From IMG/VR virus record IMGVR_UViG_3300042547_000432: a DNA stretch of 64,000 nt; one strand, given 5' to 3'. Each line of letters starts with the position of its first letter. Position 1 is the first letter of the stretch. Below the pieces are notes generated by a model that had not been told where the DNA came from, did not search any database, and saw only the letters and a list, made by a program, of their open reading frames with translations. Position numbers and translations under genes: made by a program. Source of the stretch: a virus. This document shows positions 14,781 to 24,434 of the stretch, piece after piece.

Positions 14781-16199
14781 TCAGGTGAGGTTGATAACTT
14801 TAACTCTTCTGTAATACTGGTTGGTATTAGCAGTGAGAGCAGAACCATCAGGAGTAGCACCAGCGATACCGTTGCTATTTGTAGTTGAAACGAATGGGTT
14901 GCTGACCATACCGTAACGAGTCTTGAAGCCAATCTTAGGCTGGAAGGTGTCAGGGTTGATCGAACGAACCATTTGGAGAGGAACGTATGGGCAATAGAAG
15001 AGACCAGCATCATAAGGTGATGTGCCCTTGTAACCCATGACGTAGTAGTGCTTAGCAGCTTGTGACTGACTATAGATAGGAGCACCGAATGGATCAATGT
15101 AAACACGGATACCACCCTGAAGAACACCAGCAAATACGTTACCAGTGTCATCAACGTTGAGTGAAGTGTTGAGAGCAGGAGCGTAATCAAGCATACCAGC
15201 CATTGACATGGCGGAAGCAACGTCTGCTGAGCAGATCATGAAGTTGCCCTTACCACGACGGGTTAGTTGACCGATAGCGTTTGCGTCACGCTGAATTTGG
15301 AATAGAAGACCCTTGAACTTCTCTGCCATCCAACGACCGTTTGAATCAATGTCAAGGTCGAAAGTACCTTGAGTAGCAACGTCGTTCTGAGCGCCAGGAA
15401 GGGCAACAGTGTAGACGGTACGGATGATTTCACGGTTGATCTCAGCGAGGATTTCGCTTGAGAGGATGTTAGCAAGCTCTTGCTCAGCATCAAGACCATG
15501 GATTGCCTTGAGGTCTTGTGCTAGCTCTAGGGTGTACTCAGCCTTGAGAGCGCGTGTCTTAGCAGTCACCGAGGTCTTCTCGATGCTGAATGCCATCTCG
15601 CGGAAGAGTGTACCAGCTTCGCCAAGAACTTCTGAATTTTCACGAGTTAGTGAAGTTGTACCGCGCTCGTAAGTACCAGGAGTGCCGTCGTTAAGAACAG
15701 CTGGGTTGTTGCCCTCAGCATCGCCACCTGAACCAGCAGCGGAACGAACGTTATAAGCACCAGCAGTTGCGTCGGAACCACCCGAGAATCCTGCGTCTGG
15801 CTCGTAGTAGAGAGCTTCAGCGCCATTTTGGTTCTCATAGCGAGCACGCATTGCGAAAATAAGTCCAGTAGGACCGCTCATTGGTTGAACGCCAGCGATG
15901 TCGTAAGCGACAAGGTTAGGCATTGAACGGCGGATTAGGCTGATTAGGATAGGATCGAAACCAGCAAGACCAGCGGTGTTGCTTGAAGATAGAGCTGAAC
16001 CAGCAGGTGATACAGTTCCAGCGCCGAGTGAGTTAACGGCAACCTCGTTGAGCATACCATGCTCTTCGCGGATTGCACGCTCTTGGTTTTCTAGCAGGGT
16101 GGCAACTACCTGTCTGCGATATGCGTCCTTGATTTCAGGAAGGTCTTTGTGACCGAGAACAGGTGCCCACTTTTCCTGCAAAATTCTAGTGTCAGACAT
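14781..16199 (-). CDS. gp23: Major capsid protein gp23
   Basis: EKWAPVL, FDPILISLIRR, QPMSGPTGLIFAMR, YCPYVPLQM, GFKTRYG. Confidence 0.99.
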   Translation of the reverse strand: MSDTRILQEKWAPVLGHKDLPEIKDAYRRQVVATLLENQERAIREEHGMLNEVAVNSLGAGTVSPAGSALSSSNTAGLAGFDPILISLIRRSMPNLVAYDIAGVQPMSGPTGLIFAMRARYENQNGAEALYYEPDAGFSGGSDATAGAYNVRSAAGSGGDAEGNNPAVLNDGTPGTYERGTTSLTRENSEVLGEAGTLFREMAFSIEKTSVTAKTRALKAEYTLELAQDLKAIHGLDAEQELANILSSEILAEINREIIRTVYTVALPGAQNDVATQGTFDLDIDSNGRWMAEKFKGLLFQIQRDANAIGQLTRRGKGNFMICSADVASAMSMAGMLDYAPALNTSLNVDDTGNVFAGVLQGGIRVYIDPFGAPIYSQSQAAKHYYVMGYKGTSPYDAGLFYCPYVPLQMVRSINPDTFQPKIGFKTRYGMVSNPFVSTTNSNGIAGATPDGSALTANTNQYYRRVKVINLT

Positions 16200-16234
16200 T
16201 TTGCTTTTACTCCGTTGAGTGATTGGGTTAAAAT

Positions 16235-16241
16235 TATTTAT
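16235..16241 (-). promoter_or_regulatory. Late promoter for gp23
   Basis: ATAAATA in the gp22-gp23 spacer. Confidence 0.7.
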
Positions 16242-16246
16242 TATTA

Positions 16247-17374
16247 TCAGTTGCTCCAGCGTGAAATCGCCTGAAGATAAGCAGCCATTACTGGTGATAC
16301 TTCTTCGGATGATTGTTCGCCTGAGACTTCAGAAATTGCTTGTTCAGTTACAACATGCTTAGGGAAGTAACTTGAAATGAGAGTGGAAACTTTATTGCGG
16401 AAGTCTTCTTCCGAAACAAATTCTACACCTTCAGCAAGAGAAACAAGCTTTTCTCTTTGGGTATCAACTAGTCCCTCGCTCATCTGATTGAGGATTACGG
16501 TTTTTTGATAACCAGCGAGTTTATTATTAAGATCAATATTACGCTCAATCTGTTCGTTGAGACGACCTTCCATTTCACAAAGCTCCTCAGTCATTGTTTC
16601 TACAACATTGACTTTCTCCTCGGGGAGATTGAGGTAGTTATCTTCAAAAACTTTTTTGAGACCACCCATGAACTCTTCAGCGATCTCAAGCTTGAGACCA
16701 GCATCAAGAGCTACTTGGTTTTCTTCTACCCAAGTGGTGATTGCGTAGTTGAGTGTTTCGTCAACTTTCTCTGAGAGAGCAGCAATCTCTTCTTGGAGTT
16801 TTGTGGAGAATTGCTCTTCTAGAGTTGAAGCAATAGCATTTACTTGCTCTTCGATGCGTGACTTAACAGCAGCTTCGAAAATTGTAGTTGCTTTTGCTTT
16901 GAACTCTTCGGAAAACTCTTCGCCTTCGGTAAGGGCAGCAACGTCTTCCGCAGCGGAATATTCGATTGCTTCCATACCAAATACTTTTACGTTATTTGGA
17001 CCACCAGGAATCTGGTAACCAGATGACTTAACCGATGGAGCTGGATCTTGATGCTTCCCACGGGTTTGCTGATCGCTAACCTTTGAATTATGGTTAGATG
17101 ACTTAGCACCAGGATTTGATTCACCCTGAGGCTTCTCAAAGGTTGAACCACCGTCATCCTCTTCCGATTGACCAGGAGCAACGGAGGTTGGGATTTCAAA
17201 TCCTGAGTCTTTATGACCACCGCGAGTTTGAGCATCGCTTACAGCAGCACCAACTGGTTGCATGTACTGAGTGCCTGAAGATTGACCAGGAACGATTGAA
17301 GGGGAGAGCGCACTAGTGCCAACTTCTGACTCAGTTACAAGCTCCTCAAACTTTTCGTTTAAGTTATCTGACAT
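16247..17374 (-). CDS. gp22: Prohead core scaffold gp22
   Basis: FKAKATTIFEAAVK, AEGVEF, YLQAISR; lies between gp21 and gp23. Confidence 0.93.
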   Translation of the reverse strand: MSDNLNEKFEELVTESEVGTSALSPSIVPGQSSGTQYMQPVGAAVSDAQTRGGHKDSGFEIPTSVAPGQSEEDDGGSTFEKPQGESNPGAKSSNHNSKVSDQQTRGKHQDPAPSVKSSGYQIPGGPNNVKVFGMEAIEYSAAEDVAALTEGEEFSEEFKAKATTIFEAAVKSRIEEQVNAIASTLEEQFSTKLQEEIAALSEKVDETLNYAITTWVEENQVALDAGLKLEIAEEFMGGLKKVFEDNYLNLPEEKVNVVETMTEELCEMEGRLNEQIERNIDLNNKLAGYQKTVILNQMSEGLVDTQREKLVSLAEGVEFVSEEDFRNKVSTLISSYFPKHVVTEQAISEVSGEQSSEEVSPVMAAYLQAISRWSN

Positions 17375-17415
17375 TTGAGATTCCTCGTAATTCTAATATG
17401 TGTTTATTCTACAAT

Positions 17416-17422
17416 TATTTAT
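17416..17422 (-). promoter_or_regulatory. Late promoter for gp22
   Basis: ATAAATA in the gp21-gp22 spacer. Confidence 0.65.
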
Positions 17423-17426
17423 TAAA

Positions 17427-18071
17427 TTATAAACTTTGTAAGAAGTGGTTGAACGCTTTCAACGACCTCTCTTCAATATTTTTTCTGGTAGATTCAGAAA
17501 TATATTTATGATATTTAGCAACATTAACCTCTTTAATGATGCCATTTTCCCAAACCCACTCTTTTCCTTCCATAATTCCGTTCACAAAAGCGTCAGGTGC
17601 GGAGGGATCTGCTACAATATCAGCAGCAGTTGCGAGCATAAAATCATCACGTACATAATTGGCACCGTTCTTCTCTTCGATAGAACCCATGCCTCTAGAA
17701 GAAACGCCAAGCTTAACTCCTGATTCCAGTAGTGACTTAGCAATGTTTCCCATTGGTGTATTTAGGATCTGTGCTTTACCGATAAAATTTGAACCTTCTG
17801 CTTTGAGAGAAACAATTTTATGCGACACACGATCTAGGTTTACAGTAGGACCATCGGGATGACCTAGTTCACCGAGAGCACGACCAACGTTTACATACTG
17901 TTCGTTGTATCTACCAACTTCACGCTCAAGAACGCCAAATGGATAAACGCGACCATTGCGATTTTTAATATCTCCCTGAAGGAACACACCTTCGATATGG
18001 AGAATTTTTCTTCCGTTTGATTCTTCTTCGAGGATCTGAATATCCTCAATACTCTCGGTGATTAGTTTCAT
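17427..18071 (-). CDS. gp21: Prohead protease gp21
   Basis: NRNGRVY, ALGELGHP, GVSSRGMGS, DIVADPSAPDAFV. Confidence 0.97.
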   Translation of the reverse strand: MKLITESIEDIQILEEESNGRKILHIEGVFLQGDIKNRNGRVYPFGVLEREVGRYNEQYVNVGRALGELGHPDGPTVNLDRVSHKIVSLKAEGSNFIGKAQILNTPMGNIAKSLLESGVKLGVSSRGMGSIEEKNGANYVRDDFMLATAADIVADPSAPDAFVNGIMEGKEWVWENGIIKEVNVAKYHKYISESTRKNIEERSLKAFNHFLQSL

Positions 18072-18268
18072 TGTTCTGATTCCTCTGCGGATGTTTCTTC
18101 CACCTCCTCTTCTGGAGATTCTGGTTCATCAAAAAAAGTTTGAGCAACTACTTGTTTGTAATCTTTCATTGCCTCTGCTGCTTTTCCGTAGAGGATATCA
18201 GCAATTTTATCAAGTGCTTGAACTCTGTCGCCGTTGCGAACGGCATTTACAACTTCAATAGTGTCCAT
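18068..18268 (-). CDS. Small acidic prohead-associated protein (gp67/gp68 position)
   Basis: 66 aa between gp20 and gp21, acidic tail, own late promoter. Confidence 0.7.
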   Translation of the reverse strand: MDTIEVVNAVRNGDRVQALDKIADILYGKAAEAMKDYKQVVAQTFFDEPESPEEEVEETSAEESEQ

Positions 18269-18288
18269 TTAATTTACCTATAATAAAT

Positions 18289-18295
18289 TATTTAT
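18289..18295 (-). promoter_or_regulatory. Late promoter overlapping the gp20 stop
   Basis: CAA TAA ATA. Confidence 0.6.
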
Positions 18296-19917
18296 TGTTC
18301 TGATGTTTTAGGTTTTGGTGCTGCAACAGGTGCTGGTGGTGGTGGCGGTAAAGCACCAATCTCCAAAGATGCTGCATTCATCAAGTTTGTGTGAACTGGG
18401 TCTGGAATTTTCCCTTCGGAAATTTCATTTTCCATTTGTTTGGAAATTTCTTCATACTCAGCATCAGATTGCATTAAAACTTGCTTTCTGACATATTCAA
18501 TCGAATAGTATTTACCCAAAAATGGATCTAATGCGGTAGCAACTTGGAGACGATTATTCATCAACTCTGCTTGCTTAAGTTCTTCAAAGTGATTATCAAA
18601 TTGATAATCATATTGAATATGTTCTTGCATCTCTTCCCAATCTTCGGGAGCAATAATTCCCTTTAGAATCAGTTGAGTTTTTAACATATCGTGGAATAAT
18701 CCACTGAATTTTTTACGAAGTCTCGCAATCCACTTCGCAAATTTAAGCTCATCACGAAGAATTTCTGATGAACGACCTAGAGAAAATCCTTGATTGGCGT
18801 CATCTAAACGTGATGGCGGGAGATTGAGGGAGTTGTATAATTTCTTTTTGAAGTATTCAACATCTTTAAGTTCGCCAAGATTTTGACCACCAGGAAGAGT
18901 AGTGATCTCAGTTCCTCTACCACCTTCGCGGCGAGGTAGCCAGAAATCTTCAAGCATACTCATATGCTTTTTGTCATCGCGGATTTCTCCAGTGGCAGCA
19001 TCGTATACAAGTTTGTTGCGGTAACGTGCCATTACCTCTCTGAGATATTGCTCTGCTTTTACTTTGGGTAGATTGCCAACATCAATGTAGAAAATTCTGC
19101 GTTCTGGTGCGCGTGAGAGTCTGTAGATAACCAGCGCATCTTCAATCATGCGTAACTGGTTGAGTGCCTTGATGGATTTGTGAAGGAAACTCAAGGTCAT
19201 CTTTTTGTTATAATCTTGAATGCCAGAGGTAATAAAAGTTATAGCATCATTTGCGATTCTAACACCAGTACCCACATTGTTGGTATCAAAAGAAGAAGCA
19301 ATAAAACCTCTAGGATTATACATGTAGAATTCTACATAGTCTCCAAAATCATATCTTGCTGCTCCATCCATCACCGTAGCGTTAGCAGTGACAGTGCTTA
19401 ATTTTGGATCTTTATTTTGAACTCGTACCTTTTTAATTTTTAACGGATCTATGTATCTGAGTTCAGTAATACCAGCCTTAGGATTTGCTAAATCAATTAC
19501 TTTGTGATAAAACATTCTACCATCTACATACCAAGTTCTAAAAATTTCATGTGCTCTAGTATCAAAAGCAAGAAGTCTTTTGATGTAATCAAATTCTTCA
19601 CGAATTTTTTTCTTTATTGATTCGCTTACTTCGAGATTAGAAAGTTCTATTTGAACTGGAGAATCATCTAAACTTGAATTAATTGCTTCATTCACAATTT
19701 CGTCAATCGCAGAGTCAACCTCTGGATGCATCGCCATATCACGATAGCGCCTAATGAGATCAAACTCATTACGCGCTATACCGTCTATATCTACATACGA
19801 ACCAAAATAACCACCAGCTACGGTGGTTACCGAATCATCTGCGTTAGGAGGAACTGGAGATTGACCTCTCAGCTCCTCCTGTTTAGATTTAATTGAGAAT
19901 CCAAATAACTGACTCAT
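18292..19917 (-). CDS. gp20: Portal vertex protein gp20
   Basis: HPEVDSAIDEIVNEA, RAPERRIFYIDVGNLPK, EDFWLPRREGGRGTEI. Confidence 0.98.
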   Translation of the reverse strand: MSQLFGFSIKSKQEELRGQSPVPPNADDSVTTVAGGYFGSYVDIDGIARNEFDLIRRYRDMAMHPEVDSAIDEIVNEAINSSLDDSPVQIELSNLEVSESIKKKIREEFDYIKRLLAFDTRAHEIFRTWYVDGRMFYHKVIDLANPKAGITELRYIDPLKIKKVRVQNKDPKLSTVTANATVMDGAARYDFGDYVEFYMYNPRGFIASSFDTNNVGTGVRIANDAITFITSGIQDYNKKMTLSFLHKSIKALNQLRMIEDALVIYRLSRAPERRIFYIDVGNLPKVKAEQYLREVMARYRNKLVYDAATGEIRDDKKHMSMLEDFWLPRREGGRGTEITTLPGGQNLGELKDVEYFKKKLYNSLNLPPSRLDDANQGFSLGRSSEILRDELKFAKWIARLRKKFSGLFHDMLKTQLILKGIIAPEDWEEMQEHIQYDYQFDNHFEELKQAELMNNRLQVATALDPFLGKYYSIEYVRKQVLMQSDAEYEEISKQMENEISEGKIPDPVHTNLMNAASLEIGALPPPPPAPVAAPKPKTSEQ

Positions 19918-19944
19918 GTTTAAAGTTATATCACTTACTCTAGT

Positions 19945-19951
19945 TATTTAT
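19945..19951 (-). promoter_or_regulatory. Late promoter for gp20
   Basis: ATAAATA at the gp19 stop. Confidence 0.6.
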
Positions 19952-20550
19952 CAATCTTCAATTCCGCCTGGTGATCTACCCTTTCTTCCATTTTCAACTT
20001 CCCAGTACTGAAGTTGGAATTCAACTGTAAAGTCTTCAATCTGATCATTGCTATCGTAGGCAAGATCAATTTGAGAAATGTTAGTTGGGAAACAACCCCA
20101 AAGAGTATATTCTCTAATAACTGATCCAGTTTCGCTGCTATCTCTCTCAAGTTGTTTTACGTGAAGATCGGCAGTATATCCTGTTGAAAACTCAGGAACA
20201 ATCAACTGTGCTCTATTTCCTTCGTGAGAATTAATCTTCGCCATCCAAGATTCCATGTAATGACGAATCTTGAAATCTTTATCATTAATAAATGTTGCTG
20301 TCCAAGTATCAAATGTTCTGTCACCAGCAATTTTTACAGTTCTTCCACGGAAAGGAACTTCAATTACACCTAGGTTGGAAGCAGGAAGAGCAGCAGACTT
20401 ACACAGAATGTTGACTAGTTTTCCATCTTCGCTAGAACCAGCTGGCAATCCAGCTGAATTAGGAAACACAATATCAACAAGGAATAAATTAGGTCTTACG
20501 CCTTGCTTAATAGTATTGAGAAAATCTTTAACGTTACTTTTGATGGTCAT
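19951..20550 (-). CDS. gp19: Tail tube protein gp19
   Basis: RPNLF, PFRGRTVKIAGDRTFDTW, IEDFTVEFQ. Confidence 0.96.
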   Translation of the reverse strand: MTIKSNVKDFLNTIKQGVRPNLFLVDIVFPNSAGLPAGSSEDGKLVNILCKSAALPASNLGVIEVPFRGRTVKIAGDRTFDTWTATFINDKDFKIRHYMESWMAKINSHEGNRAQLIVPEFSTGYTADLHVKQLERDSSETGSVIREYTLWGCFPTNISQIDLAYDSNDQIEDFTVEFQLQYWEVENGRKGRSPGGIED

Positions 20551-20582
20551 TGTTTGTTTACCTCGTAATTAGTTTTTAAATA

Positions 20583-22202
20583 TCAAGCGACTGATCTAAC
20601 TACTTCTGAAAACTCTACACCAGATCTGGTAGCAACAAAAGTAATCGTGATGAAGTTAATTGAACGTGTTGGTTTAATATAAAGTTCAGCAACAAATTCG
20701 TTTCTATCAATTACATCTGGGGTGTTGTTTGTAGAATCACATACTACAAGATAATCTGTGAGACCTCTTTTTGCCTGAACTTCAGAAAGATATGAAGCTG
20801 CTGCGGAATAGAAAGAAGTTCTGGTCGTTTCATCATTAAGTTCAAACATTACAGTTCTTGCTAGTTGACCAATTCTTTTCTCTATAGCAAGGAAAAGACG
20901 ACGAACATTAATTCTGTCGAAAGCACTTGGAGTTGCTAAAGCAGTTTTATCACCAAACAGAACAGTTCCCTGACCTGGGAATGTAGCAATTGGATTAATT
21001 CTCTTAAGATATAATTTATCCCTGTCTGCTTTTGATGGAGCAAAGGCAAGTTTTACAACATTTTTAATGTTACCTCTGCTAACACCAGCGGGAGAGAACC
21101 AATCTTCTAAAGTGGCGGAAGTCTCTACGCAGAGACCAGCAACGTCTCCATTACATGGAATGTAACGATAAACGTCATTATACTTATCATAGAGATACTT
21201 GTATCCACTATCAAACACAGCGTATGAACTGCTGCTACCCACACCGTCGAAGAAAGTGATGATATCATCCCTTTTCGCTGAACTAGTGGAGAGTGAAAGC
21301 ATTCCACTGTGGGGTGAAACAAAAGCAATACAATCTTTTCTGGAACCAGCAAGCGTAATAACTTTTTGTGCTTTTGTGATTTGGTCTGCTTCTACGGCAA
21401 GATTACCACCAGTGAGAATAAAATCAATTGAAATATTTTCTGTGTCATCGAAAAGATCATAAGCTGCTGTGATGTTGGCAACTGTTGTAGTGTAAGCATC
21501 AATACCACCAGAAAGAACTACGTCGGATTCTCCAGCAGCTGCATTTTCTGGTCCAGCATAAATGTATTTTGAACGAGAATTGATTACGTTCTTATAAAAA
21601 ATTGAACCACCCTGCGAATCTTTTGCGGTTGATACGCGAGAAACATATAAAAATGTTTCTAAAATGTTGTTGTTAGCATCTAGAACCGCGATGTGAAGAT
21701 CATCAGCTCCACCTGGATCAAGAGCAATTGTGCTCCAAAGAACCGTGCCGTAAATAGTTGCTGTTGCGTAGTTAGTAACGCCACCATCTACAATAGCAAT
21801 CTTGAGACCATTTGCCCAAGTTCCTGCTGTTCTAGCAGCAAATTTAAAATCATATGTACTAAAAGCTGCTTCAAATGCGTCTGTATCTTTGATAAGAACT
21901 GGTGTTGCAGTTGTATCGTCGCAAGCATTTTTTAAAGCACTGTCTTCAATTCTTACGACATTTAATTGACCACCGTATGAAAGGAAGGATTGAGATACAA
22001 ACCAATCCTCGTAATTGTTTGCGTTAGGGGCACCGAATGTTTCTAATAATTCTCTTTCTGAAGCAATGCCGACAATTGATCCTACTGGACCCTGAGCAAA
22101 GCTACCAACCAGAGCAGCAACATTTCCTTGTTGATTCACAACTGTTTGATTGGTTAAATCACGTTCTCTTAGAACAATTCCAGGTGATACTTGACCTGCC
22201 AT
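20583..22202 (-). CDS. gp18: Tail sheath protein gp18 (539 aa)
   Basis: SPGIVLRERD, WFSPAG, GDKT, FDRINVRRLF, RSINFI. Confidence 0.96.
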   Translation of the reverse strand: MAGQVSPGIVLRERDLTNQTVVNQQGNVAALVGSFAQGPVGSIVGIASERELLETFGAPNANNYEDWFVSQSFLSYGGQLNVVRIEDSALKNACDDTTATPVLIKDTDAFEAAFSTYDFKFAARTAGTWANGLKIAIVDGGVTNYATATIYGTVLWSTIALDPGGADDLHIAVLDANNNILETFLYVSRVSTAKDSQGGSIFYKNVINSRSKYIYAGPENAAAGESDVVLSGGIDAYTTTVANITAAYDLFDDTENISIDFILTGGNLAVEADQITKAQKVITLAGSRKDCIAFVSPHSGMLSLSTSSAKRDDIITFFDGVGSSSSYAVFDSGYKYLYDKYNDVYRYIPCNGDVAGLCVETSATLEDWFSPAGVSRGNIKNVVKLAFAPSKADRDKLYLKRINPIATFPGQGTVLFGDKTALATPSAFDRINVRRLFLAIEKRIGQLARTVMFELNDETTRTSFYSAAASYLSEVQAKRGLTDYLVVCDSTNNTPDVIDRNEFVAELYIKPTRSINFITITFVATRSGVEFSEVVRSVA

Positions 22203-22242
22203 GTTTGTCTCCTCGTGAAGTAGTTCATTTTTTAACTACAAA

Positions 22243-22249
22243 TATTTAT
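22243..22249 (-). promoter_or_regulatory. Late promoter for gp18
   Basis: ATAAATA about 40 nt upstream of the start, GAGGAG SD. Confidence 0.65.
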
Positions 22250-22290
22250 TAAAATGAGTATCTTCATTGGGGAAACAACGCATGAACAAT

Positions 22291-22518
22291 TTACCAGTCA
22301 GGATATTCCCATAATTTAGGTGGTTTGACCACACGTTTTGCCATAATTCTTTTTATGGTACATTGTTTACATTCGTATGAATACGAAGAAGGTAAATATT
22401 TTTTTGATTTTCTAATAACATAGTAATCTGTCATGAGGTCTTTTGTCTCTCCACAGACCCTACACGTTCTTTCTCTAAACAATAAATGTTCTAGTGAAAA
22501 TTCGTCTTCTAAATCCAT
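22291..22518 (-). CDS. 75-aa zinc-ribbon protein (CRVC...CKQC), start revised to MDLED
   Basis: Two CxxC motifs; ATG overlaps the gp17 stop. Confidence 0.8.
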   Translation of the reverse strand: MDLEDEFSLEHLLFRERTCRVCGETKDLMTDYYVIRKSKKYLPSSYSYECKQCTIKRIMAKRVVKPPKLWEYPDW

Positions 22519-24182
22519 TAGAACCCTAGCATGTATTCTACGTCTGAAAAAGGATTGCCATACCCATCGGTGTACCAAACGTTTCCGTCTTCATCAATAA
22601 ATTTTTCTTCGGCATCTGTAATACCATCAGATACAAATCCAAACGGTGCCATGTCTTGTTCGATTTGATTCTTCTGTTCTTCGTAGATGCGTTTACGAAC
22701 ATCGTTATCAGTCATCTCCCTAAAGTAAGGTTGAACCGCTAACCACGAGAATAGAACTAGACACATCACAAGGTCATCGTTGTATCCATCATCAGCTTCG
22801 AAAGATTGATTCTTCTGAATGAATGTGGTAAGCTCACTGATGATTTCGTAGTCTGAGATTAGGAGTTTATCATCTTCGATCAATGTCTTTAAGTTAGAAC
22901 ATCCAACCTTCTTAGTAACTTTTGACATCTTTAGACCAAGTTGAGATTTGGTGCCAGAAAATCCCTGACCTACAATTTGACCTGCTCTACCACGCATGGC
23001 ACACATCAAAATGTTTGGATACTCCAAATCATAATGGAGAATGTTTGTTACCTGTTCTCCAATATCATTGACTTCCGCTAAGATGTATGCTTTATTGTAG
23101 TTCTTGGCAACCTGTTCGATAATGTTGGGAAACAGGATAGGTTTGATTTCGTTATTTCGATATTTAGCAACAACCTTCCAAGGTAGTGTGGTGATATCAA
23201 ATACAACAAAAGCAGAGTAATCATTGTTGGTTCCCCGCGATACGTCAACCGTCATGATATAATCGTGATCTGGTTTTGCTTCCTCGTATACCTTTAATCC
23301 TTTACTATTATCTTGTATAGGATCTTCGAATACCATCGAGCGTAACTTAGACGCTGAGATCAAAGTATCAACCGATCCAAGGAACTCACATTCAAACTCT
23401 TGTGTGAACTGCCTCTCAGAGGTGTTCCTGATCGTCTCTTCTTTCCACTTCTCATCTCTACCAGGAACTGCGCTCCAGTGAACTTCAAGTGGCACATATC
23501 CGTTCCTACCGCGCTCTGCGTCGTGCCACAGCTTGTAGAACATGTTCATACCCTGTGGGGTAGAAATGATAATAACTTTTGTTGTTTTACCAGACGAGAT
23601 AGTAGGATATACAGACGAGAAGAACTGTTCCGCCATATGGTTAGGAACGAACGCAAACTCGTCAAGGAAGATGATGTTGAAAGAGTTTCCTCGAACAGCA
23701 GATGATGATGTGGAAGCAGCAATAATCTTGGAACCATTATCAAGTTCCATGGAACCTTTGTTCCATGCTACAATGCCTTGCTGCATCCACTTGGGCAGAT
23801 TTTCATATGCTAACTGTAAACGAGACAGAAGTTCTCTTGACGTTTCTGCTTTGTTTGCTAGAATAGCAATCTTAATATTGTCGTTGAATACTGCGTAATG
23901 AAGTAGGTATGAAATAACAGTGGTAGATTTACCAGTCTGTCTTGGAAGTTTCGCAATATTAAATCTATGATTGTGAAAATTTTCAATAAGTTTCTCTTGA
24001 AAATCATACATCTCAAAGGGAACAAGACCTTCATCGAGTGAGATGATCTTTACATAGTTTTTTGCGAAGTAAACTGGATCATCTTTACATTTGATGAACT
24101 CTTCTACTTGTTCTTTTGTAAAACTAATGGCGGTATTAGCTTTCTTTAAATTAGGATTACCAAGATATACTGCGTCACTCAT
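22518..24182 (-). CDS. gp17: Terminase large subunit gp17
   Basis: PRQTGKST, IFLDEFAF, ISTPQG, DVSRG, DDLVM. Confidence 0.98.
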   Translation of the reverse strand: MSDAVYLGNPNLKKANTAISFTKEQVEEFIKCKDDPVYFAKNYVKIISLDEGLVPFEMYDFQEKLIENFHNHRFNIAKLPRQTGKSTTVISYLLHYAVFNDNIKIAILANKAETSRELLSRLQLAYENLPKWMQQGIVAWNKGSMELDNGSKIIAASTSSSAVRGNSFNIIFLDEFAFVPNHMAEQFFSSVYPTISSGKTTKVIIISTPQGMNMFYKLWHDAERGRNGYVPLEVHWSAVPGRDEKWKEETIRNTSERQFTQEFECEFLGSVDTLISASKLRSMVFEDPIQDNSKGLKVYEEAKPDHDYIMTVDVSRGTNNDYSAFVVFDITTLPWKVVAKYRNNEIKPILFPNIIEQVAKNYNKAYILAEVNDIGEQVTNILHYDLEYPNILMCAMRGRAGQIVGQGFSGTKSQLGLKMSKVTKKVGCSNLKTLIEDDKLLISDYEIISELTTFIQKNQSFEADDGYNDDLVMCLVLFSWLAVQPYFREMTDNDVRKRIYEEQKNQIEQDMAPFGFVSDGITDAEEKFIDEDGNVWYTDGYGNPFSDVEYMLGF

Positions 24183-24408
24183 TTGCTCGTTTAATATCCT
24201 TTTCTATATCGTCCATACTATTTAATCTTTTTTCCCACCCATCGCCTTTGGTGGTTCCCTGTGCTGGGTTGATACAAGTATCATCTCCAAATTTATCACA
24301 AACTAAAGAAGCGAGTTCAGTTTCGTTTCCCTTCTTATTTGTGCCAGCCCAGAAGTGTTGTCCTCCAATCCAGCACGCCCCACACTTAGGGCAGGTTTTG
24401 GTATCCAT
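24175..24408 (-). CDS. 77-aa Cys-rich hypothetical protein (CPKC...VC...CINP)
   Basis: Overlaps the gp17 start by 8 nt; own sigma70-type promoter. Confidence 0.75.
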   Translation of the reverse strand: MDTKTCPKCGACWIGGQHFWAGTNKKGNETELASLVCDKFGDDTCINPAQGTTKGDGWEKRLNSMDDIEKDIKRANE

Positions 24409-24434
24409 AAGTCTTACCATGAGACGGTAATGCT

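Noticed and set aside
14711-15847. Same-strand alternative-frame ORFs over gp23 (169, 78, 66 aa)
   Set aside because: Expected shadows of a highly biased gene that avoids NTA codons; no SD and no local codon anomaly
2672-24182. Inteins or group I introns in gp44, gp46, uvsW, gp20, gp23, gp17
   Set aside because: All are uninterrupted and of ordinary length; no splicing or homing endonuclease motifs
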